DNA of 64,000 nt, taken from contig OZ365114.1 of assembly GCA_977030845.1 (NCBI GenBank), positions 19,034,001-19,098,000 of the forward strand. Reading direction: 5' to 3'. A model generated the notes under the pieces. It saw nothing but the letters and a program-made list of their open reading frames with translations, was not told the origin of the DNA and searched no databases. Positions 41,501-51,586 of this stretch are shown piece after piece. A program made the position numbers and the translations under genes. This DNA comes from Fimbriosthenelais zetlandica. Its lineage: Eukaryota. Positions within the stretch are counted from its first letter, which is position 1. Each line of letters starts with the position of its first letter.

Positions 41501-44500
41501 TGACTGTTATGAACTCCCCAACGAATTTACAAATGTGCATCACTTGTTTTTGCAAAGCAGTATAGGTAATAACCACCCAAACATTTTCACATTTTTGCCA
41601 TTCATTATAGGTCTTGCTGTGGACTGGTTATCTTCCAATCTGTACTACACTGATAACTCATATGGCTACATCATGGTATCCCGTCTTCACGGACGCTACC
41701 CCACCATCCTCTGTTCAAAGATTGGATCTCCTGGTGGTATCGCCCTCGATCCAGCCAAAGGGTACTCCTACATTTAAATGATTTATTCAGCTAACTTATC
41801 TTCAAGCTTATGATCATTTATGAGAAAAATAGCTACAATGTATGCATCATTGCATGAAAGCTAATGCCTGCTAATGTAGCATTATATTTTAAAGGAAGAT
41901 GTACTGGATCGATACTCAAGAGAATGTCATATGGGCAGCTAATATGGATTGTTCAAATAGAAGGTCATTAGTACAGCGTGCTGTGGGAGCAGAGGGCATC
42001 GCCATTGACCTTCATGAGAGGAGGTCAGTCACTAAATATGAAGTCATCAAGGTGGACATTTGACATAATATGAGTGACATGTGGTCAGCTGAGACCTATA
42101 TAGCCACTCTATGTGATTATTATGTTTAAATATTACTATAATGTTTTATTACATTCTACGTAGGTTATACTGGGCACAACAATCAGGCCTTATATCAGTA
42201 GCTCTGGATGGAACAGACAAGAAAACCCTGATAGATGATTATGGCCGTACCTACAAAGATGTGGCTATTTACCAGGCAAGTCACAGCTAAATAATGGTAC
42301 AATGTATTACCGGAATTGCTTCACTGAGAAAGTTGTAAATATGAATTCGCATAAATCCCATTTTTGCAGGAGTATTTTGCCTGGAGTGACGGGAGGAATG
42401 GCATCTTTTTCGGGGAGAAGTCATCCGGCAGGGTTCTCCGTGGGTTCAGACATCTAGAGGCTAACGTTTCTCATGATATTATAGGCTTCTCTATCTATCT
42501 TCAACCAGTTTCTGAAGGTCAGTCTTATGTGGGCCTCATTTATACTTTTATCATCAATTCAGAGCTGAACGAAATTGAGCCATATCTGACCTATTTGCAG
42601 TCAGCTGAGGCTATACGGATTTTCATTTCGAGGACAGAAGGTTTCTAATTATATATGTCCGTAGGATTGATTATGAGTGAAATTGTATGAATTATTTTGT
42701 AATTTAAGGCGGGTGTGATGTGAAAAACGGAGGTTGTCAGCAACTGTGCATCCCACTACCCTCAGCTCATCTGTGTCGCTGTGCTCTGGGTTTCAAACTG
42801 GCAAACGACAAGAAGCACTGCATTTCAGGTGGGTCAAAATGTCCACATATCTTTGGGCTAAATATAACATGCAATGTCATAATGCACTACAAGTTTGCCT
42901 TGATGTTGTAGATTTGGTAAGAGGGAGATTTCTCCTGGTGGCTGACCCATACCACAAACAAGTCTATCAGATAAATCTGGAGGGAGAAAAACTGGAACCC
43001 CAGGGTCTGGGTCTGGACTCGCCTGAATTCCCCACAGCCATGGACATGGACACAGTCAATGAGGTGAGACCAAAGTGAGAAGTATAGACAGGTGTCCCCT
43101 CTATTCCCCTAACCAGAATTGCCTACAAGGCGTCTACAATTCTAGCATAATTCAATGTACATCAAGAAAGATCTGATAATACATAGTATTTGTCTTTACC
43201 AGGTAATATACTGGAGTGATGCCAGGGCTGGAGTGATCAATGCAAGGGGACTACTAGATATGGGATCGGAAAGAAATATCCTCGATTTTGGAACTAGTAA
43301 GTGTTATCTCAGTCGAAAGTCTAATGCATGAAAAATAAAGACGGTTCAAACATTTCTAAAACGTTCACATCATTGGCAGATATGACAGTGACCAGCTTGG
43401 TCGTTGACGGGCGTGTAGGGAGGATAATGTTCACCCTGACAGACCAGAGTACAGGGATGAGTGGTCTACATGTGTCAGATGAGGCTGGACACTGGAGGAC
43501 CATCCTAGAACCTATACGCATGGGTGGAGGCATACTCGCCTTGGATCAACGGAGTGGGTAAGAAGATAGAAAATTGATATGACTTACCGTATTTGTACTA
43601 TCTGCTTGTATTTCCTGGCCCATACATCGGAAGTTCTTTGTCTATAACATCTGATGTTCTTGGTCTTACTCATATACAAGATTCTGAAATGAAGTAAAAA
43701 TAGATATATCAAATCTCTGTTAAGCATTGATCAACGGCAAAAATTGTTTCTTTCAGATTCTTGTTCTGGTCAGATATGGGGAATAATGGTCGATGGGAAA
43801 TAAAAAGACTGGCTAGCCGAACACAGGACGGCAATATGGAAACATTATTGAATGATCTAGATGAAATCAAAGATATAACAGTCTCTTATTCAGGTATACA
43901 TCCTTAACAATACTCAATCGATTAATTCTAATGTGAGTATTAAATGTCAGATATAAACCTGATTAACTTCAAGGTAATGATTAAATATAATGGGTAATTT
44001 GCAGAGAATAAGCTGTACTGGTGCAGTGGACAGACGATTTGGAGGGCTGATATGAAAGGTGGCGATGTGGAGATGGTGTATACCTATGATAAAGGTGGCC
44101 TGACAGGCCTGGCAGTGGTGGGAGATGCCATATTCCTTAGTATAATGAATGAGAAGTATGTATCAGACAGTATTAATTAGTCCCATGCTTGTTATACGGA
44201 GAAAATTATCCCTCGTAAATGCAAGAATCTTCCCTTTCCTGAGCCTCATTTTATATGGAATTCTTGGGATTAGAATACACCAAAAGAATTCTTTTATTAC
44301 AGGTCCCTTTTCCGTTTGACTGTCTCAAAAAATATCACCGAGCCAGTGACTGAACCTATATTCGCCAGCATATCAAATATAAAAGAATACTGGAGGCTAC
44401 CTCCAAAACCTTTACGTGAGTGAAACGACTTAAAATCATATTGATTTTTAAATAAGAGAATTAAGCAACCTGGAATTGAATCTCAAACAAACACAAATAG

Positions 44501-45280
44501 CATCAATCACTTATAATATATAATCAATGATTTATCTTGGTTTGCCAGCTCCATCCCGTGGTAAATTTGATATGTCATCTACAGAGCTACCACCAAATCA
44601 AAGTGAGTATTATTTAATTTAAGTTTTTAAAAAGCCATACAGTTCTGTGTTCGATTTCTGACAATGAAGATTTTGAAAATGCCCTGGAGTGCTCCCAAAA
44701 TATATGACACTATGCCTTTTCCCCGACAGATAATTCAGGCAATCCCACTGCTGTTGAAGGTTTCCTTGGGACTCATGTGCCCATGCCTATAGTCATAGGG
44801 GCAGCAGCAGGAAACCTACTCCTTCTAATCATTATCATCCTGGCAGTGGTATGTGCCATTAAGAAATATCGTAAAAAGCCAGCCCCGCCTGCCCAGGCAG
44901 GGTATGGGGGACCCTCTCATGACAATCCTACCTATGTGACCACTGAACTGGCCACACTAGAGAACTTATACGAGGGTTTACCTGGGGCCACCGCTGGTCA
45001 GATCAGGGACCCAGACCTGCCGGACATTGTGACGGACAAAGATGGGATGCCATTAGAGGGGGAGTTGAAGGCCCAGCCCCCACCCGTGCCCTCACCCAGG
45101 TCAGCCAGTGACCAGGCTGGACCTCTACCTTCTAAAGCCAACCCCGTGGTGGTCAGTCCTAGTGGACCCGAGAGTCTGGCTGGCATGAGTAGTTTTATTT
45201 TCCCTTCTGATCAGGAACAGTTAGTAGTGGATTTACCCGAGGAGGATCAGAGAGATGATCAACCAAGAAGTGAATTATGA
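38520..45280 (+). CDS. LRP-B: LDL-receptor-related type I membrane protein (3 YWTD propellers, 2 EGF, TM, NPxY tail)
   Basis: 20 exons in a consistent frame: 38520-38740, 38952-39226, 39344-39611, 40135-40279, 40517-40630, 40849-40981, 41313-41452, 41611-41761, 41895-42023, 42164-42275, 42370-42517, 42709-42828, 42912-43063, 43203-43296, 43380-43557, 43757-43893, 44005-44155, 44303-44415, 44549-44602, 44730-45280 (~1127 aa). Motifs GLAVDWLSGSVYWTD and MYWSDWG, two EGF modules, TM segment IVIGAAAGNLLLLIIIILAVVCAI, NPTY. Confidence 0.9.
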
Positions 45281-46624
45281 GGATTTTCCAACTCTCGGTT
45301 TAGAATTTTCTCAGTACCGGTAGCAGAATTCAATGCAAAGACATCAATGGAAAGACATCAATGCCCTGTGTGATATAGCGCTTGGAGATTTAAGACATTT
45401 TGTGGATAGAACTACTTATGTGTATATTAAAGATGATGCTCATCCTTTGCAAAGGAGCACAATGAGGTGGATGAAAATGAATATGCCGATTTATGAAAAG
45501 ATGTTCTTGACCAGCATGACCAGGACCTAAATGCTTACATACATACAGGCTTCTGCACGATATTATTCAGGCTAACGATGGTGTATGTAATGGTCGTCTT
45601 GTCAAAGATGTGAGTGTACAATCATGATGTATTATAATGTAAATATTAAGCCCTAATTAATTAACTTATTGGAACTAATTTAGGCAAATGTTATTATAAC
45701 CACGAGTATATCTATCAATCTGCAAAATGAGAGACCATTATTAATCTGGAATTAAAGAAACCATTTGTTCATAGCATGTGTATACCCGCGTACATATCCC
45801 TTTATAGAAATCCAGTGAATCATAGTCATGCATGCTAACTTTTAGCCAAAATGTTTTAGATAATACACACTTGACGTTCAGTTTCATCGCAATTCAGCCC
45901 TGTACAGACAATTATACAGAGGAAGACTAACTAGCTTAAATGTAAATCCACAAACTTTAATGAAAATGTGATTCATATAAAATAACCAAATCACTACATG
46001 TGAAAATGCCAACAATAATGACGCACACAACTTTATTGCGATAGGTTTCAAAGTTCAATAATTTCCCAGTGACCTGCACCATGAGAATTTACTATTTGAC
46101 CCTTTGTGTTCAAATCGGCACAACGTAATATGCAGTTTTCTCTTCAACAGAAACACATACTGCTACATTTTCATTTGCTACACATATGCTACATTGCTAC
46201 ATCTTGTGCGTGTATATCAACTCTTGATATTAAAAACCTGTATACAATGTATTAATAACGATATGAAAATCTAAACCCTTGTCAGTATAACTCATGTGTG
46301 CGTGACCGTCATGTAAATTTATATCTAAAAGATATTAGGCTAATAAATGATTCATCAACATCCTAAAATATGTAGCCTACTTTGTGCAAATAAATTGATT
46401 GATAATAATGTTTCCTGAATACACCCCAAATGGAGAAAAGATCACATTACAATCATTAATGACTGGGGGAATAATTATGATCCTTGGCACGCGAGATTAA
46501 GACTGTATACATGAGACGAAATAAATAAGTTTTACCAGTTATATACATGTATGAAGATACACCACGATGCCTTGGATTTTTTAATCCTAATAGAAAAAGG
46601 CTTTATTAAAACCGTCGTTAAAGT

Positions 46625-49546
46625 CTATCGCCCCCGTCTACCTTTTGTAAGGGTGATTACTCGTTTACAGGCGCACAACATATTGTCAATCATGTCTCCC
46701 TGCAAAGTAATAACAGATAAAAATAAACTATAATATCATATAGAGAGGTCCAAGAAACACAGAAGATAGATTAATATTCAGAGTAAAACTATTAAATCTG
46801 TTTTTAATTAAAGTCTCTTTAATTACTTTAATGATATTTTCTCCAGTACCATTATAGCGATTATAATAATTATATTATTATGAATTACCTCTCTGGAGAA
46901 GACTCGGATTTTCTCCATTGCTTGTGAGTCAGGGTTTGTGTAGTGGATGAATACAGCAGGCATCATGGTCCGTGACTTCCGCAGCTCCTCTGGTGGTGGC
47001 TCAGCAAACTGCCATTTAAAGGTTCCGTGAGGCAGAGTCAGGCGCAGTTTCTACATGTAACGAAAAAAACACAATGTTACAATAACTAGGCTGTAGGTCT
47101 AGCTGGAATGGCGTGGACATGTGGCGAACAATGTCACAGTAGCTCAAGGCTTTCTCGTTAACAAGGCAACCGTTTTTATTCAGTGTAATTGTGACTTACC
47201 ACATCATCCATGTCAGTGATAAAGAGTGCAGTCATATTGATGGCTACATACACAGGATCATCATCACGGAACCAGCTGGAGGCCTTCTCCATCTGACCTT
47301 TGAAAAAGGCAGCCCTGAGAAAAAAACGGATACATCAATAAAAACACGTAGAAAGGTCTGAGGAAAATGCTTAAAAAATTAATCTGTGTTTGTAATTTCT
47401 TGCAATTTTTTTTATAAGAGAAATAGATTATCGCCTTACCCATAGAAGGGTAGATTCCAGCAGTGTTCTAGGTAGGATTGTTGGCAGTGCCTCAAGGCTT
47501 TCTCGTTAACAAGGCGACCAAAGGAACGGTAGGCCTTGTTAAAGGAATGCACCAGTCGAAATTCGGGATCATCTTTCTTCTTGAAAAGACGGAAGCCCTT
47601 CTCATTGGCTACATGATTTGGATAATAGTCATCAAGTTTTTCTCTGTATGGAAAAAGGAAAATAAATTTATATGTTTTTAAATTACATCAAAATGTTGAT
47701 ATAACTGTGGGAAAACAATAAAACTTAATTTCAATTTTAAAAGAATCTGGACTTACCTGAAATGTATAGGCGTGTGCGTTTGGTCGTCAAAGTGCTTATA
47801 GTCGATTAGTGCCTTGAGACCAGCTAAAGAATCATACTGTATCATAGTCATAGGGTAACGTCCATCTAGCACATTCTCCTTAGCTTCATGATACAACAAA
47901 CGCAGCACTTCGGGTTCTGTTATCTTTATGAAAATAGAAAATACTCATTCAGGCTTCAAGTTTATAATCATTGACTAAACAAATGTAATGGTTAACAACA
48001 TGGAAGTTTCGGTTATAAATATTTAACTTTAAATGAAATTGAAAAGTACCTTTCTTTCTTTTTCTAGAGGGAAGAAAGCATTCCTTTGAAACATGACGAG
48101 GGGCTCATCTGAAATGTAAAAGATAGCTTTTAGTTAGATTGTCATAATTCAGAAGAAAAGTGTTAAACAGTCAGTTAGAGTGATGTCAGTATAAGGTAAC
48201 GAAAGAAAATAGGCTCACCTCGATCACAAGTTTTCAAGTCTTCGGTGGTATATTTCTCCAACAACTCGTCCCAGAAACAGGCAAGTTTGAAGGGGCACTG
48301 TGCAGGTTTCAATTGTACCTCTGGAATGAAAACAACAAAAGATATAAACTAATTCAAGATTTAGCAATAATTTTAAAATATTTTATCAGAGAAATGTATA
48401 GGTTATTTCGATATACTTGAAGATTAATTCTCTGAACTCACCCAATAAGTCGGAGACGAGCCATAGAGAGAATACATGGCGTGCTATATCAGGTAGAGCA
48501 CAGGCGTTCATCACTTCTTCAAAAATATGACCAGCCTGCCACTCCTCTCCACCCTTCACTGCCATAGTCAAGTATTCATTGTCCATGAAGTAGACAGCCA
48601 TCTCCAAGGCTCCACCAGCTACAATTAGGAAATTAAAAAGTTAATATCAGGCATATTACATTTAAAATATGATATTAAAATCTAATAGTTCTAGTATTGG
48701 GACAACACGACGTTTGGATGAGAAATACCACTTTCCATAATTTTGTGAAAACCATGCCTTATTTCGGTATATATATATACATTTTACTGTTTTTAATCTT
48801 ATCAATTTGAAGATGTAAAGATATGGAAGTACTCACCACTTCTCGGTTTTGTTTGAGCAGGTCTGTCCACTCTAGCCTCGTGTACATTTCCGCCCACAGT
48901 AATCCGCTCTTTGCCATAATCGTCGCCTGGTAGACTTACTATGGTATGACCACCTAGTTGTACGGGTAGTGTCCCATCCACCTCCTTCAATGGTATGTGA
49001 CTCCTATCTCGAAGTGGTGGTAACTTCCTACCTGTCAAAAAATTAAGATATTATAAATAATTATAAATTGTCATCAATATTAATTTTCATCAAAATTAAA
49101 GTTGTTTAAAAATATTCAGGGAATTTTAATTATATTTGATTCCAAGTATATGGACAAGATAAAATTTTGGTAAACATACTTTTGGGGGGCTTCCTGTGAT
49201 AAGCTACATCATCTATTTCACCATCTGCATGGTACTTTGGTTTCCTGTGAGATCTCCTGTGATGCTCTTCCGCCCTCTCTTCCTCGTACCTTCTCTGCTC
49301 CTCATAACTTCTCTCTTCCTCGTACCGTCTCTGCTTCTCATAACTTCTCTCTTCCTCGTACCTTCTCTCCTCCTCGTACCTTTTCTGCTCCTCGTACCTT
49401 TTCTGCTCTTCGTACCTTCTCTCCTCCTCGTACCTCCTCTCCCCCGTGTCAACTTGATTCCTCCGTATTGATTTCCTATTGGAGTCAACTTCATCATTTC
49501 CCCCTCCACCTCCCCCGCCACCAATCCTGTACCTCTGGTAAGACAT
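46625..49546 (-). CDS. FRMD8: FERM domain-containing protein 8 (iTAP/Bili) homolog, ~540 aa
   Basis: 10 exons: 49180-49546, 48837-49031, 48442-48618, 48219-48320, 48050-48108, 47757-47923, 47440-47643, 47200-47314, 46889-47050, 46625-46699 (1623 nt, in frame). Peptides LPDIARHVFSLWLVSDLLEVQLKP, DEPLVMFQRNAFFP, EVLRLLYHEAKENVLDGRYP and LPFYGAAFFKGQMEK match recalled FRMD8 sequence. Confidence 0.88.
49275..49441 (-). repeat. Coding 18-bp tandem repeat (~9 units) encoding [EQ][RK][RS]YE[EK]
   Basis: ERRYEE ERRYEE QKRYEE QKRYEE ERRYEE ERSYEK QRRYEE ERSYEE QRRYEE in the first coding exon of FRMD8. Confidence 0.93.
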
Positions 49547-50849
49547 TTTCTCTGGAAATGACAAATATTGAAAGATGATTTATAATAGTAAAAGTTGGCT
49601 ACATTTTTTGGCTAAATAATTGGCTACCTTCATATAATTCATCGTAAAGAATGGAATAATCAATGTGGCCCAAAACGTGGATGTCAGTATTAAATTGTCG
49701 TGCATTTTAATCCCCAAGGGTAGGTGTGCAAGCTAACATGACTGTATTGATCCATGTAATGTGCAGGCTAAGCGTAACTAACAAAACCATTTTCCATAAC
49801 TTAAAATTGGACCGAGATTAATAATAAGGCCTCATTATAATTATACCTGTATACAAGTTAGACCAACTCGTGGTTAATATTATTATTATTTTCATATTGC
49901 TAACATGTTAACCCAATGCCAAGTAGAACTGTGTTAAACTAAAAAAAAAAAATATGACATTACTCACCTGTGTCTATGCGTATTTAAATCCCTTGATCAC
50001 ATAAACTCCAGTGTGGAACTGTCCGATCCCAAAGGTGTGTTGTGAATGTGATGCCCAATGAATCACAGGTAAATCTTCTTGTGAGAAGTGGAAGTCCCAC
50101 TGGTAGTGTTAATCCATGATGTCAATGTCGAGATAATAAAGTGACGGAAGGGGGAATACCTAGGAGGGATGGTTAGAGTAAGGCTTTCCCAGGTAGGCCT
50201 ACTCACTATAGGACAGGCTGTCAACACAGCGTTTCTAGGGGGAGGGGAAGGAATAACAGAGTGGCACTGGCCTCAAAGCATTGACTGCGAAAGCTTTCAG
50301 TGCATGTCGATACCTGCCCATGCATTCACTCAATCAAGCAAGGTGGGCCTGGGTCTGCTTTTTCAGAGAGGGGGTGGGGTTGGGGGTTGCACAAGAGTGA
50401 CTTTAATGCGAATGGGTGCATGTTTGTTGGAGGGGGGGGGGGGTGTTATGTGCATGCAGGTAGTGTGGGTGAGTGGTAGGGAGGGGCTGCTTGAATGGCA
50501 CTTTTACGTCATATAATTATAGCCCTCTATATGTAGGTGAATTGGCAAGATTTAAAAGTTAAATGGTTGAAAGTATCCTAATTTGGGAATGTTCCTGGCC
50601 TAGCCTATAAGGTAGAGGATTTCTGGGGATTAATAAATTAAATATAAAATTGTTTTTCAGTATAATTAATTAATGTTTTCCAAAATGTTTATATAGGCCT
50701 AGGCCTACATAGGAAGTCTCCCGGGAACTTTCATTCCGCACTTCTTCCATGTTTCTATCTCTAATTAGCCCATTATTTGCAGTGTAAGCTATAAGGGATG
50801 TGTACCATTAATAATGTTCCCATCCAGCCTCCAGCAACTAGCTACAATA

Positions 50850-50995
50850 GGTCAATAACCCAGCCGGGAGGGGAGGCCTCTCCATCCCAGCTGAGGCGGG
50901 AAACGAGCGGGAGGCACCACTAGTGGAACTCTCCTATGAGAATCGCTGGAGGCGCAAAAGGCGTGCAGGCCGGAAGTGGGAAACGAGTCAAAATG
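50850..50995. promoter_or_regulatory. Putative bidirectional CpG promoter between FRMD8 (-) and TMEM60 (+)
   Basis: GC-rich segment with GCGGGAAA (E2F), CCGGAAGT (ETS) and AAAATGGCG (YY1-like, overlapping the ATG). A FRMD8 5' UTR exon donor lies at ~49968. Confidence 0.6.
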
Positions 50996-51373
50996 GCGAC
51001 CATACACCGAGCTCTGTTTACTTGGTTTATGTTGTTAATGTTCGTCATCCTCTTAGTTTTACGCCTGGACGAAAGAGTGAAATGGAACTGGTTTCTTATA
51101 TGTCTGCCCATGTGGATTTTTGATGGGATTCTTATCGTCTATATCACCTTTTACATGGGTTCACACTGCAAAAATGGCTTTGACACTAACGACCAGAGTA
51201 TGGGGCGTAAAGTGGCCTTCTTAGCGGGCATGTTTCTCAAGCTGAGCTTTCAGGTTTTACTGTGTTTAAGACTACAATACTACACAGCACAGCTGAACCT
51301 GTATTATGTCATGATCCCGGCCTGGATGCTGCTTATAGGTTTGATTATTGACATCTCGTTGCGCCTCCGGTGA
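50993..51373 (+). CDS. TMEM60: Transmembrane protein 60, single exon, 126 aa
   Basis: MATIHRALFTWFMLLMFVILLVLRLDERVKWNWFLICLPMWIFD...HCKNGFD...LKLSFQVLLCLRL...YVMIPAW matches the recalled TMEM60 pattern (LLTWLFTLLFLIMLVLKLDEKAPWNWFLIFIPVWIFD). ATG is in AAAATGG context. Confidence 0.9.
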   Translation: MATIHRALFTWFMLLMFVILLVLRLDERVKWNWFLICLPMWIFDGILIVYITFYMGSHCKNGFDTNDQSMGRKVAFLAGMFLKLSFQVLLCLRLQYYTAQLNLYYVMIPAWMLLIGLIIDISLRLR

Positions 51374-51586
51374 CCGTACGGTGGGCGACCCGTCAAGTTG
51401 AGGTCGGACGTCGGGTACACGCGAGTATCCACTAACGTCACTGGCCCTGACGCTCAACTACTGAGAAAAAGATCCCAAAATACCCAGAACAGAGACGTGG
51501 ATGAAGACGAGGCAGATATAGATATCCTAGATGTGGACGACGAGTATGAAGACGATGATATAGGCAGTCTGTTCGTCAGTTTATGA
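51374..51586 (+). other. In-frame 70-codon open extension after the TMEM60 stop (candidate readthrough region)
   Basis: After TGA(51371-51373)-C the frame continues PYGGRPVKLRSDVGYTRV...DVDEDEADIDILDVDDEYEDDDIGSLFVSL to TGA at 51584-51586. Confidence 0.5.

Noticed and set aside
45333-45530. 65-aa ORF in the LRP-B 3' region
   Set aside because: No homology recognised and not in frame with a plausible splice or readthrough.
49196-49578. Plus-strand ORFs with PRTFSA / LLVPSL repeats
   Set aside because: Antisense shadows of the FRMD8 18-bp coding repeat.
50936-50992. Longer TMEM60 start given in the ORF track
   Set aside because: It begins in promoter sequence; homology starts at the ATG at 50993. 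The ORF-track starts at 57846 and 61054 are likewise upstream of the likely ATGs and abut or cross splice acceptors.
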